Assembly (NCBI GenBank): GCA_947168485.1
Contig: CAMVLZ010000006.1
Span: 1 to 58,226, forward strand
Length of the DNA stretch: 58,226 nt
Reading direction: 5' to 3'
Origin: an uncultured Bacillota bacterium
GTDB lineage: Bacteria; Bacillota_I; Bacilli_A; RF39; UBA660
Position numbers and translations under genes: made by a program. Under the pieces are notes generated by a model. That model ran no database searches. It had not been told where the DNA came from and was given only the letters and a program-made list of their open reading frames with translations. Below are positions 19,627-31,047 of the stretch, in pieces; position 1 is the stretch's first letter, and every line of letters begins with the position of its first letter.

Positions 19627-20167
19627 TATTGTCACCTTCTTCACTTCTTGCGATTTCTTTAGCATATTTCTTTAAATCAGCTAGTACATCATTATCTACT
19701 AAGTAATCATAATCTTCTATTAAATCTACTTCTTTTTCAGTTATATGTTCTCTTTGTTCTTTAGTAAGATTACTCTTGTAATTAAATCTATCTATTTTGA
19801 TTAGTACTACATCTTCATATCTCTTTTTAAAGTATTTTATTTCATCTAAAAATCTTAAATCTGTAATTATTACAGTATCAAAAAACTCTTGTAATATTTC
19901 GATATCTTCATTACATCTATCAAGTAAAAATGTCTTTTTATTTAATTTTTCTCTTAATAACTCAATACCAAACTTTTGAAGAAATTCACGAGGTTTTTCA
20001 TCTCTCCTTGAATCCCATTCAAAGTAATCTTCTGCGTAATGATATATTGGTTTAGTTATTTGCATTACACATGGTTTTAAATTATAATTTTTTAATTCTT
20101 CTTTCAAGAAATTACCAAATGTAGTCTTTCCTGATTTAGCTTTACCTGTTACTAGATAGATTTTCAT
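19619..20167 (-). CDS. Deoxynucleoside monophosphate kinase-like P-loop protein
   Basis: VTGKAKSGKTT, PREFLQKFG, ITDLRFLDE and HITE motifs typical of dNMP-kinase-like proteins; AAGGAG SD. Confidence 0.7.
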   Translation of the reverse strand: MKIYLVTGKAKSGKTTFGNFLKEELKNYNLKPCVMQITKPIYHYAEDYFEWDSRRDEKPREFLQKFGIELLREKLNKKTFLLDRCNEDIEILQEFFDTVIITDLRFLDEIKYFKKRYEDVVLIKIDRFNYKSNLTKEQREHITEKEVDLIEDYDYLVDNDVLADLKKYAKEIARSEEGDNNE

Positions 20168-20185
20168 ATATTTCAACTCCTTTTT

Positions 20186-20365
20186 AAATAAAAAGACCAA
20201 TTATAGGAGTGCATTACACGGTACCATCCTATATTGGTCTTAATTTCGATAACGGTTTTCCCGACAGACTCTAAAAGTAGCTTCCTGAAGTTTAAATAGT
20301 CTTTCTCACCAACCAAGACCTCTCTATAAAATAAATTATTCAGTACTCATCTTTCGTCAACGTCT
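20186..20365 (-). promoter_or_regulatory. T-box riboswitch, Ala-specific
   Basis: Minus strand: AGAGA and GGTGAGA stem I motifs, specifier GAA-GCT-A (GCU=Ala, 20279-20281), T-box AGGATGGTACCGTG, terminator AGACCAAT...ATTGGTCTTTTT. Confidence 0.88.
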
Positions 20366-20412
20366 TTTAAATATAACATAATTATTTTATCAAATGTTTT
20401 TTAAATATTCAA

Positions 20413-21582
20413 TTATATTTTTAAATCTTTATTAACTATTTTTTGTTCTTCTATTATTTCTTTTATAGTACCTTTTTCTTTTATAAATTCAATGAGTATT
20501 TTTATACATGCTAGTATAGGTGTAGCAAAGATCATTCCTGCTAGACCTAAGTAATGTCCAAATATTAGTAATCCTACAATTATTATTACTGGATGTAATT
20601 CCATAGCATGTCCCATTATTAATGGTTGATAGAAATGGTTTTCTAAATTTTGTACTACGATAATAGCGATTAATGTTAAAATACCAACTGTTGGAGAAAT
20701 TGTAAATCCTACGATAACTGCAGGTATACCTCCTATATATGGTCCAAAGTATGGGATAACATCTGTTATTGCACAGAATAATGCAAAAATTAATGGTGCA
20801 GGTAATCCTGCTATAGCAAATCCTATACTTTGAGTTATAAATACTAAGAACATTATTAATAATACACCTGATACGTATCTTCTTAATGTATTATCTAATC
20901 TTTCAGTTAAATCCATATAATTTTTTTGCCATTTCTTAGGTAATAACTTTTTAATTGTTACTCTTAATTTATCAAAATCAAATGATAAATAGATTGCTAC
21001 AATGATTGATAAACCTATTATTCCAAATACACTAATTATACCTTTACCTGTATTTAGTATATAAGTTGCTAGATTATTAGATATACTTGTACCTAGACTA
21101 GCAAGTCCAGAAAATATTTCTCTCTTTGTATCTTCTCCATTTATTCCTATGGCACTAAGTTTGTTACCAGCATGAGTAATAAATGTTTCTATATCCTTGA
21201 TAGAAGAAGGTATTTGTGTAACTAAATCTTTGATTTCAGTTGCTAGATTTGGAATTATTATTGCTAGTATTCCACCTATTACTCCTAATATTACTAAATA
21301 TACTAAAAGTACTGCTAATACTCTAGGTATTTTCTTCTTACTAATAGTTTTAATAAGAGGATTTAATAACCAAGCTATTATAAATCCTATAAATAATGGT
21401 AAAACTACTTTAAAAATATCAAATATTATAGGAAATATTTTCCATTTATTTAATATTTCTGTAATTAGTACAAATAGTAATAAAATCATTATATAATAAA
21501 CTATTTTTAGAGTTCTTTTTGATAGTATAACTAATTTATTAATACTTTTATAATCAATTTTATCATTCTTTTTACTTTCCAT
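20413..21582 (-). CDS. AI-2E family transporter (PerM/YueF-like)
   Basis: IAWLLNP, IPYFGPYIG and QPLIMGHAMELHP motifs. Confidence 0.88.
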   Translation of the reverse strand: MESKKNDKIDYKSINKLVILSKRTLKIVYYIMILLLFVLITEILNKWKIFPIIFDIFKVVLPLFIGFIIAWLLNPLIKTISKKKIPRVLAVLLVYLVILGVIGGILAIIIPNLATEIKDLVTQIPSSIKDIETFITHAGNKLSAIGINGEDTKREIFSGLASLGTSISNNLATYILNTGKGIISVFGIIGLSIIVAIYLSFDFDKLRVTIKKLLPKKWQKNYMDLTERLDNTLRRYVSGVLLIMFLVFITQSIGFAIAGLPAPLIFALFCAITDVIPYFGPYIGGIPAVIVGFTISPTVGILTLIAIIVVQNLENHFYQPLIMGHAMELHPVIIIVGLLIFGHYLGLAGMIFATPILACIKILIEFIKEKGTIKEIIEEQKIVNKDLKI

Positions 21583-21669
21583 ACACAACTCCTCTATATT
21601 ATTATATTATATTTATTTTAAATCTTCAATTTATTTATTATATTTGATAAAATAAAGTTGGTGATTAAC

Positions 21670-22254
21670 ATGTATACTATTAATGATCAATATATATATA
21701 ATTATGAAATTAATAAATCTAAATTTATTGGTGTTATTTTTAAGATAAATAGTGTTGATGAATTTAATACTAAATTAGATAAAATAAAACAAGATTATCC
21801 TAAGGCTACTCATTATTGTTATGCATATAGATTAATTGATTCATATAGAATTAATGATGATGGAGAACCTTCTTCTACTGCTGGAGCTCCTATATATAAT
21901 GTTATTGAGTCTAATAATCTATATAATACTGCTATAGTTGTTGTTAGATATTTTGGGGGTATTAAATTAGGTGCTGGAGGATTAGTTAGAGCTTATACTA
22001 AAGCAGCTGCTAATTTGATTGATATTAATCATTTTAATAAATTAATTGATGCTTATGAAATAAAAATAGTATTATCTTATGATAATATTAAAAATATAGA
22101 TAATATTCTAAAGAATTGTAATATTAAAATTATTAATAAATCTTTTGATGATTTAATTACTTATAATATTATTATTAGTAAAGAAGATTTAAATAAATTA
22201 GATAATTATTCTTATGAAATAATAAAAGATACTATGTTAGAAGTTAATGCATAG
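21670..22254 (+). CDS. YigZ/IMPACT family protein
   Basis: KSKF, ATHYCYAY, DDGEPSSTAG and VRYFGGIKLGAGGLVRAY motifs. Confidence 0.92.
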   Translation: MYTINDQYIYNYEINKSKFIGVIFKINSVDEFNTKLDKIKQDYPKATHYCYAYRLIDSYRINDDGEPSSTAGAPIYNVIESNNLYNTAIVVVRYFGGIKLGAGGLVRAYTKAAANLIDINHFNKLIDAYEIKIVLSYDNIKNIDNILKNCNIKIINKSFDDLITYNIIISKEDLNKLDNYSYEIIKDTMLEVNA

Positions 22255-22807
22255 TATCTTTTTTAAATTTTAAATATTTAAATACTTTATCATAATAACA
22301 TTTAGTACATAGAGCTTCATATTTAATAGTATCATTACTACTCTTAATAACATCTCCACTAAATTCATATTTACCATTTACTTTTCTTATGTTACATGTA
22401 GCAATATTACCACAACTACATTTAGTTTCAATAGATATAAGTTCATGAGCTATCTCAAATAATCTTCTTGAACCAGAAAATCCTTTATTTTGGAAATCTA
22501 CTCTTAGTCCAAAACAATATACGTTTTTATTTAATTTTAAAACTATAAACATTAATTCATCTATTTGTTTCTTTGTTAATAGATGAGCATTATTAATATA
22601 AATATCATCACAATCTATAAAATTATGTTTAATTATTTCATATAAATGGTCTTCTTCTTTTATTAAATAATCATATTTTATTTCATTGTTTTCTATTAAG
22701 GCTGAATTTAGTACTAAAGTTTTATTTTTATTTCTTTTTAATTGCTCTTTTAATACATTTGTCTTTCCACTATTTATAGTACCAAATGTAAATATTAGTT
22801 TTTTCAT
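22244..22807 (-). CDS. tdk: Thymidine kinase-like protein with degenerate catalytic motif
   Basis: GTINSGKT, FGLRVDFQ, CSCG...CTKC zinc site; Walker B DEAQF replaced by NNAHL. Confidence 0.75.
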   Translation of the reverse strand: MKKLIFTFGTINSGKTNVLKEQLKRNKNKTLVLNSALIENNEIKYDYLIKEEDHLYEIIKHNFIDCDDIYINNAHLLTKKQIDELMFIVLKLNKNVYCFGLRVDFQNKGFSGSRRLFEIAHELISIETKCSCGNIATCNIRKVNGKYEFSGDVIKSSNDTIKYEALCTKCYYDKVFKYLKFKKDTMH

Positions 22808-22808
22808 A

Positions 22809-23123
22809 TTAGAATTTTTTCTTCTTTATCCATATTTTAATTACATAATATAAGAAGAAAATCATTATAATTACAAATAACCATTTTAATATTATAGATA
22901 TATCTCCTTTAGTATATTTATCTATTATTGCGAATATACTATCAGGGAAATATTTTGCTAAAAAGGCTTTAAAATCAGGTAGTCCTATATTAGATCTAAT
23001 GAATGATAATATTCTTAATAAAATATCTGTTATTGCAACTATAAATACAAATGCTGAGAAATTTCTAAAATACATTACTACAGCAACTATAATTATTATT
23101 AGTAATATTAAATCTATATACAT
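22809..23123 (-). CDS. Small integral membrane protein
   Basis: Three hydrophobic segments; GAGGTG SD. Confidence 0.75.
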   Translation of the reverse strand: MYIDLILLIIIIVAVVMYFRNFSAFVFIVAITDILLRILSFIRSNIGLPDFKAFLAKYFPDSIFAIIDKYTKGDISIILKWLFVIIMIFFLYYVIKIWIKKKKF

Positions 23124-23253
23124 TATGTTCACCTCTATTTTAATTTTATCATATTATTTTAAAAATATATTAACTTGTAAATAGACTTTACATTTTTTTT
23201 GACTTTTATTAATAATATTTGTATAGTTATATTATGATATGGAGGATTGGATT

Positions 23254-24033
23254 ATGAATACTCAAGAAAAATATTATAATGATATAGTTTCTAGATCTTG
23301 TAAAGGTAAAGTTGTTCCTATAAGTGATTATCAAGAAGAAAAGATTGCTAGAGAAAGAGTGATGGAAAGAAGACGTAGAACTCGTATAAATATTAAGAAA
23401 GCTCTTATTTCTGGAATTATTGCTGGTGCTATATTAACTAGTGGAATTGGAGTTACTGTTGATAAAGTTATTCCTGCTATTGGTGATCAATTACAAGTTA
23501 CTCAAGAAATTGGTAATGAATCTTATGGATTTGATGAAGAATATGTTATACCTAATGCTCATAGAACTCAAGATTCTAATCATTATTTATGGTATGATTA
23601 TCAAGAAATTGCTAAAGGTTTATTAGAATATGGAGATAAAGATTTTGATAAGAACTTATATTATTGTTTAGACGTAATGGACTCTAAAAATGTAGATGCT
23701 GTTTTAGGATTAGTTGAAGATAAAGATCATGATTATAGTTATGGTGTAATGGATGCTGATGGTAATTATCAATCTCGTAACTTTAGACACTATTTAGCAG
23801 TTAATAATTATTATGATCCAGATATTAATGTTACTGATGAAGTTTTATTAAATGATGATGAAGCTTATGAAGATGCTATACGTAATTTTAAAAAGACTAT
23901 GAAAGCTAGAATTGGAATTGAACAGGATTTTGATGAAGCTGAAAAGAATTATAATCAAAAACAAGCTGAACTTGAAGAAATGATGGAAGAACATAATATG
24001 GGTGGTCCTCAAGATAAAGGAATAAGGAGATAA
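23254..24033 (+). CDS. Orphan single-TM protein with acidic ectodomain and basic C-terminal tail
   Basis: TTGACT-17-TATAGT promoter, GGAGG SD; basic stretch then TM; ends DKGIRR. Confidence 0.75.
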   Translation: MNTQEKYYNDIVSRSCKGKVVPISDYQEEKIARERVMERRRRTRINIKKALISGIIAGAILTSGIGVTVDKVIPAIGDQLQVTQEIGNESYGFDEEYVIPNAHRTQDSNHYLWYDYQEIAKGLLEYGDKDFDKNLYYCLDVMDSKNVDAVLGLVEDKDHDYSYGVMDADGNYQSRNFRHYLAVNNYYDPDINVTDEVLLNDDEAYEDAIRNFKKTMKARIGIEQDFDEAEKNYNQKQAELEEMMEEHNMGGPQDKGIRR

Positions 24034-24035
24034 TT

Positions 24036-24245
24036 ATGGTTGATGTAAAAATATATAATATTGATGATAAAGATTATATGGTAGTAAATGAATTAGATGA
24101 TAATAATAAACATTATCTATTACTATCTAATAAAGAAGATGAAGATGATATTTTATTTAGAAGAGTTGATAATAATTCATTAGTTCCTCTTGATAATGAA
24201 GATGAAGTAGTAAGAGTATTACAATTATTTGATGAAACTAATTAA
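24036..24245 (+). CDS. Small acidic protein, DUF1292-like
   Basis: AGGAG SD; ...ILFRRV...LVPLDNEDEVVRV pattern. Confidence 0.6.
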   Translation: MVDVKIYNIDDKDYMVVNELDDNNKHYLLLSNKEDEDDILFRRVDNNSLVPLDNEDEVVRVLQLFDETN

Positions 24246-24271
24246 AAAGAAGTATTATTAACTTCTTTTTT

Positions 24272-24496
24272 TTATTCTACTTCAAAATTTTCTTCTTTAC
24301 CTTCTTTATTAACTACTTTAGTAATTGCTTCTTCTGCTTTCTTTAATTTTTCATCACATTTTTTAGATAATTCCATAGCTTTAGTAAATTCAGTTATCGC
24401 ATCATCTAATGGAACATCTCCAGCTTCTAGTTTTTTTACTATTTCTTCTAATTCAAGTAGTTCTTCTTCAAATGATTTTTCTTCTTTTTTAGCCAT
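24272..24496 (-). CDS. xseB: Exodeoxyribonuclease VII small subunit
   Basis: SFEEELLELEEIVKKLEAGDVPLDDAI motif. Confidence 0.95.
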   Translation of the reverse strand: MAKKEEKSFEEELLELEEIVKKLEAGDVPLDDAITEFTKAMELSKKCDEKLKKAEEAITKVVNKEGKEENFEVE

Positions 24497-24505
24497 TTAA
24501 TCCTC

Positions 24506-24862
24506 CTATAATAATAATATAATTACATTAAATATAATATTTACAATAGATATAACTTTATTATTATTTGGTATTGTAAACATTATTGCTGATGCTATTA
24601 TAAATGCTATTGCTATATACTTTGCATATTTTCCAAAATTAGACATATAATTTTCTGCTTTATTTATACTTTGATTATGTTTTTCCATACATTTTTCTCT
24701 TTGATAGCTATTTTCAGATGGATCATCAGAGTATCTTATACTACATGATCCCCACGAATTTTTTGTTTCTAATTTAACCATATTTCCTATATATACAAAT
24801 CCGTTGAGTATAGTTAGTATTAGTATTAATATTCCTATGATTTCCGCTACATCTTTATTCAT
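24506..24862 (-). CDS. Small membrane protein with a two-Cys extracellular loop, between xseA and xseB
   Basis: ATGA overlap with the xseA stop; TM-loop(C..C)-TM-TM. Confidence 0.7.
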   Translation of the reverse strand: MNKDVAEIIGILILILTILNGFVYIGNMVKLETKNSWGSCSIRYSDDPSENSYQREKCMEKHNQSINKAENYMSNFGKYAKYIAIAFIIASAIMFTIPNNNKVISIVNIIFNVIILLL

Positions 24863-26112
24863 ATTACTTTTGCATCAATATTACCATCTTTTAATTCTAT
24901 GTTAATATTGTCCCCTTTCTTAATATTCTTTATACTTGTTATTACTTTATTATCTTTCTTAGTAATTGCATATCCTCTTTGTATTGTTTTTAGAGGACTT
25001 AATGTTTCTAATTTAGAAATAATATTAAGATATTTATTCTTCTTTTTATCAAATAATATCTCTGGATTTTGTAATATGATTGATGATTTTATCATTTGAT
25101 AATTCTTTTCTTTTATATGAATTAAATTTATTAATGAATGTTTTAATCTTTCTTCTAAATTATCAAAAAGCATTTCTTTTGATTGATATATAGTTATTGG
25201 ATTAGTAAAGATATAGTGCTTTTTTATTTCATCTAGATGTTTTCTATTTAATTGAATAGTATTATTAATTGATTTATACAATCTAATACTAATTTGATTT
25301 AAATAATTTAGTACATCTTGTTTTTGGGGAACTGCCATTTCAGCTGCTCCTGTAGGTGTTGGCGCTCTTAAGTCTGCAACAAAGTCGGCTATAGTAAAAT
25401 CTACTTCATGACCAACAGCAGATATTGTTGGGATAGAACAGGCAAATATTGCTCTAGCAACATCTTCTTCATTAAATGCCCATAGATCTTCTATTGATCC
25501 TCCTCCACGTCCTACAATTAATGTATCTAGATTGTAATTTTCAGCATTCTTAATTTGTTTAACTATATCAGTGTGAGCATCTTCACCTTGTACAAGTGCA
25601 GGTAAAAGAATTACTTCACATAGAGGCCATCTTCTCTTTATTGTACTGATGATATCCTTAATTGCCGCACCTGTTGGAGCTGTTATAACTCCTATTCTCT
25701 TAGGGATTTTAGGTATTTTCTTTTTATATATATGATCAAATAGACCTTCTTCTTGTAATTTCTTTTTTAATTGTTCATATGCTATATATAGATTACCTAC
25801 TCCATCTTCTAACATTTCATTTACGTATATTTGATAATTACCTGTTTGTTCAAATACTGATACTTTTCCTGTTACTAGTACTTTCATACCATCTTGAGGA
25901 GTAAATTTAATATTTTTTGTACTTGAAGAAAACATTATTGCTGAAATTCTTGATGATTCATCTTTTAATGTAAAATAGAAATGTCCTCTTGAATGTGCTT
26001 TAAAGTTAGAAATTTCTCCCTTTAAAAACACTTCATTTAGATTCATATCATTATCTATTTTATATTTAATATACTTAGTTAATTGATTTACTGATATATA
26101 TTTATCATTCAT
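24859..26112 (-). CDS. xseA: Exodeoxyribonuclease VII large subunit
   Basis: GEISNFK, GHFYFTLKD, GRGGGSIEDLWAFN and RAPTPTGAAE motifs. Confidence 0.96.
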   Translation of the reverse strand: MNDKYISVNQLTKYIKYKIDNDMNLNEVFLKGEISNFKAHSRGHFYFTLKDESSRISAIMFSSSTKNIKFTPQDGMKVLVTGKVSVFEQTGNYQIYVNEMLEDGVGNLYIAYEQLKKKLQEEGLFDHIYKKKIPKIPKRIGVITAPTGAAIKDIISTIKRRWPLCEVILLPALVQGEDAHTDIVKQIKNAENYNLDTLIVGRGGGSIEDLWAFNEEDVARAIFACSIPTISAVGHEVDFTIADFVADLRAPTPTGAAEMAVPQKQDVLNYLNQISIRLYKSINNTIQLNRKHLDEIKKHYIFTNPITIYQSKEMLFDNLEERLKHSLINLIHIKEKNYQMIKSSIILQNPEILFDKKKNKYLNIISKLETLSPLKTIQRGYAITKKDNKVITSIKNIKKGDNINIELKDGNIDAKVI

Positions 26113-26513
26113 TGTCTTTTTTCCTCATTGTGATAAATTGAATCAAGTACTCCATTTATCATTTTAGGTATTTCATCATCAGAATATAACTTAGATAAAT
26201 TAATTGCTTCATCTATTACTACTTTATTAGGAGTATCTGTATATAATAATTCATATATTCCTAATAGTATTATTCCTTGATCTGGAATAGATAATCTATC
26301 TATACTCCATTTATCTTTTAGATATTTATTAGCTAATTCTACTAAGTCATTTTTATTATTAATTATCTCTTTAGTAGTATTAATAATAAATTCATTAGAA
26401 TAGTCTAATTCTTTTATTAAGTCATCTACATCATATTTAGAATTAATTTTATCTAATATATTAATTTGATATAGTAATTTTATTATTTCTTGTCTTGATT
26501 CAGTTCTTGTCAT
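26109..26513 (-). CDS. nusB: Transcription antitermination factor NusB
   Basis: WSIDRL..D..ILLLG.YEL, VVIDEAI and INGVLD motifs. Confidence 0.92.
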   Translation of the reverse strand: MTRTESRQEIIKLLYQINILDKINSKYDVDDLIKELDYSNEFIINTTKEIINNKNDLVELANKYLKDKWSIDRLSIPDQGIILLGIYELLYTDTPNKVVIDEAINLSKLYSDDEIPKMINGVLDSIYHNEEKRQ

Positions 26514-26544
26514 ATTTATCACCTATCTAATTTTATCATATTTA

Positions 26545-29091
26545 TTATTTTTTTAAATCTTTTTTTAGTTCAAATAAGATATTTAGAGCTTCTAGAGGTG
26601 TTGTTTCAATCGGATTTATTTTTTCTAGTTTATCTCTAATTATATCTTTTTCGTCATCTATTTCTTCTTCCATCATTTCAAATAGAGAAGTTTGTGTAAA
26701 TACTTCTTTTTTATTTGATGATTTTTCATAAATATCAAGTATTTCTTCTGCTCTTTCTATTAGTGATTGTGGAAGTTTAGCTAGTGCTGCTACATGGATA
26801 CCATAACTTTTATCTATAGGACCTTGTTTTACTTTATGTAAGAAAGTTACTTTTCCATTCTCTTCTATAGCACTTACGTGTACATTTTTTAGATTTCTTA
26901 GTTCATGTTCTAGAGATGTTAATTCATGATAGTGAGTAGAAAACATAGTTTTTGCTTTAATATTATCATGAATATACTCTAAAATAGATTGAGCTAGAGC
27001 CATACCATCATATGTTGCGGTACCTCTACCTAATTCATCAAATAGAATTAAACTATCTCTAGTAGCTTCTTCTATAGCTTTATTTGCTTCTTTCATCTCT
27101 ATCATGAAAGTTGATTCTCCACTTACTAAATTATCTGAAGCTCCTATTCTAGTAAATATCTTATCAAATATTGGTAGTATAGCCTCTTTACAAGGAACAA
27201 AACATCCTATTTGAGCCATTATTACAGTTATAGCGAATTGTCTCATATAAGTAGATTTTCCTGCCATATTTGGACCTGTTATTAATAAGATATTATCTCT
27301 TCCTGACATAATAATATCATTAGGTACATATTTATCTTTTAATACTTTTTCTACTACAGGATGACGACATTCTATTAATTTTACTTCATGTTTAGTAGTT
27401 AATTCAGGTCTTACAAACTTATTAAAATCTGAAATAATCGAGAATGATTGTAACATATCAATTTCACTAATTACTGAACATGTTTTTTGTAGATCTCTAA
27501 TATATCTTTTAACTACTTCTCTAATATCCATAAATAATTTATATTCTAAATTAATTATTTTTTCTTCTGCTCCTAATATTATATTTTCTTTTTCTTTTAA
27601 TAAAGGAGTAATATATCTTTCAGCATTAGCAAGAGTTTGTTTTCTTTCATAACCATACTCTTCTTTAATTTCTTTAACTTGTCCTTTTGATACTTCTATG
27701 TAATAACCAAATACTTTGTTATAACCAACTTTTAAATTCTTAATACCAGTTTTTTCTTTTTCTGATTGTTCCATCTTTAGAATAAAGTCTTTAGATCCTC
27801 TAGATATATCTTTTAATTCATCTAATTCTTGATTATAACCAGTTTTTATCAAATTACCTTCATGTAATTGAAAAGGAGCATCTTCTTTGATAGATTTTTC
27901 TAATAATGAATATAATTCATCAAAAGTCATTATTTCTCTATCATAATGAAGTTCTTCTAATATTTTTTTAATATTAGGAAGTGCTTTTAATGATGTTTTT
28001 AATTGAATTAAATCTTTAGCATTTAAATTACCGTAGTTTATTCTAGAACATAGTCTTTCTAAGTCATATATGTTTTCTAATTCATTAATTAGATCATCTC
28101 TTAAAATAAATTCAGTTGATAATTTTGATACTAAATCATATCTTCTTTCTATTTCTTTTCTATTTCTTAGTGGATTTTCTATATTATGTTTTAAATATCT
28201 TGAACCTGGAGCTGTTTTACATTTATCTAGTAACCAAAATAGAGAGTATTGTCTTGTTCTATCTCTTATTGTTTCAACTAACTCTAGATTAGCTTTTGTA
28301 TTAATATCAAATTCTAAGTGTTCAGAATCTTTAATAAACTTTGCTTCTTCTAGATGATGCATATCTCCTTTTTTAGTATCAATTATATAATATAATAAAT
28401 GTTTTAATCCTAGATGAAGTCTTTCATCTTCTATATTTTCATATATATATTCATAATCTTTATCTTCTAAAGAATTATCTGTTATTGTTACTAAAACATT
28501 GTATATTCTTCTTAATTCATCAATTAATACTCTATCAGTAGAATCATTTACTATTACTTCTAATATTCCTAATTTAGCTATTTTTTCTTCTATTTTTTTA
28601 TTATCTGTTTCTAGAATAGTTGTATTTACTTCTCCTGTAGATATATCTACATATGAAATTATCGTTATATTATCTTCTGTATATATTGAACCTATATAAT
28701 TATTTGATTTAGAATCAATGTTTGAATCTAGTCTTGTACCTTTAGTAATTATTTGTACTACGTCTCTAGCAACCATTCCTTTAGTTTGTTTAGGATCTTC
28801 TAATTGTTCTACTATTGCGACTTTAAATCCTTTATCTACTAGATCATTTACATAGTTTGCATATGCATGATGAGGAATTCCACACATAGGTACACGTTCT
28901 TCTAGACCAGCTTGTTTTCCTGTTAAAGCTAATTCTAGTACTCTAGATATTTGGATAGCATCATCAAAAAACATTTCATAAAAGTCACCTAATCTAAAGA
29001 ATATAATACAATCTTCATATTTGTCTTTTATTTCCATGTATTGTTGCATCATTGGACTAAGTTTTGATCTATCTACTTCACTACGTTTCAT
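26545..29091 (-). CDS. mutS: DNA mismatch repair protein MutS
   Basis: FRLGDFYEMF, TGPNMAGKSTYMRQ and DELGRGT motifs. Confidence 0.97.
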   Translation of the reverse strand: MKRSEVDRSKLSPMMQQYMEIKDKYEDCIIFFRLGDFYEMFFDDAIQISRVLELALTGKQAGLEERVPMCGIPHHAYANYVNDLVDKGFKVAIVEQLEDPKQTKGMVARDVVQIITKGTRLDSNIDSKSNNYIGSIYTEDNITIISYVDISTGEVNTTILETDNKKIEEKIAKLGILEVIVNDSTDRVLIDELRRIYNVLVTITDNSLEDKDYEYIYENIEDERLHLGLKHLLYYIIDTKKGDMHHLEEAKFIKDSEHLEFDINTKANLELVETIRDRTRQYSLFWLLDKCKTAPGSRYLKHNIENPLRNRKEIERRYDLVSKLSTEFILRDDLINELENIYDLERLCSRINYGNLNAKDLIQLKTSLKALPNIKKILEELHYDREIMTFDELYSLLEKSIKEDAPFQLHEGNLIKTGYNQELDELKDISRGSKDFILKMEQSEKEKTGIKNLKVGYNKVFGYYIEVSKGQVKEIKEEYGYERKQTLANAERYITPLLKEKENIILGAEEKIINLEYKLFMDIREVVKRYIRDLQKTCSVISEIDMLQSFSIISDFNKFVRPELTTKHEVKLIECRHPVVEKVLKDKYVPNDIIMSGRDNILLITGPNMAGKSTYMRQFAITVIMAQIGCFVPCKEAILPIFDKIFTRIGASDNLVSGESTFMIEMKEANKAIEEATRDSLILFDELGRGTATYDGMALAQSILEYIHDNIKAKTMFSTHYHELTSLEHELRNLKNVHVSAIEENGKVTFLHKVKQGPIDKSYGIHVAALAKLPQSLIERAEEILDIYEKSSNKKEVFTQTSLFEMMEEEIDDEKDIIRDKLEKINPIETTPLEALNILFELKKDLKK

Positions 29092-29160
29092 ACCTATTTC
29101 CTCCTTGCTTATATATTATATCATTAAAAAAGTAATTCTAAAATGAATTACTTTAATTTA

Positions 29161-30489
<1,329 letters not shown>

Positions 30490-30527
30490 TCAAAAAAAAG
30501 AACTTTAAGAAGTTTTTTCTTAAAATT

Positions 30528-31040
30528 CTAATTATAAACTTGTTCAGTTTTCATCCCAAATAACTTAGATGTAATATTATTTGGTATAGATGTTACTTTA
30601 TTATTATATTCATTAACACTCTTATTATATTTAACTACTGCTTTACTTATTTTGTCATTTTGAGTTGCTATTTGTGACATTAAACTATTATATTTATCAG
30701 TTAATTTAACTTTATTTTTAGCATCATTATCTATTTTAGTTAAATATTCATCTATCTGTTTATTATATTTATTTTTTGTATTTATATTATATGCATCTTC
30801 TAATTTTTTACTAGATTTTTTTAATTTAGTTAATGTATTAGAATCATATTTCATAACTTTTAATTCTGTAATAATATTCTTTGTAATATCTAATTTTTTA
30901 TCAATTATAATTGATAAATTTGAATATTCATTATTGGCTTTTTCATGATAATTATTTAAACTATTATAATTTTGAATTAAGAATGCGATTATTAAGATTG
31001 CGATTATTATAATAGTTATTGTAGTCTTCTTATGTTTCAT
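30528..31040 (-). CDS. LemA family protein
   Basis: N-terminal TM then YNSL; C-terminal YNKSVNEYN...PNNITSKLFG; start moved to MKHKK. Confidence 0.75.
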   Translation of the reverse strand: MKHKKTTITIIIIAILIIAFLIQNYNSLNNYHEKANNEYSNLSIIIDKKLDITKNIITELKVMKYDSNTLTKLKKSSKKLEDAYNINTKNKYNKQIDEYLTKIDNDAKNKVKLTDKYNSLMSQIATQNDKISKAVVKYNKSVNEYNNKVTSIPNNITSKLFGMKTEQVYN

Positions 31041-31047
31041 ATATAAA

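Noticed and set aside
19619-20167. dNMP-kinase-like gene (and the HD protein at 44407-44985) as prophage remnants
   Set aside because: Both are embedded in translationally coupled housekeeping operons with no other phage genes nearby.
26545-29091. mutS without adjacent mutL as a sign of incomplete mismatch repair
   Set aside because: mutL may lie outside this window, so this cannot be judged here.
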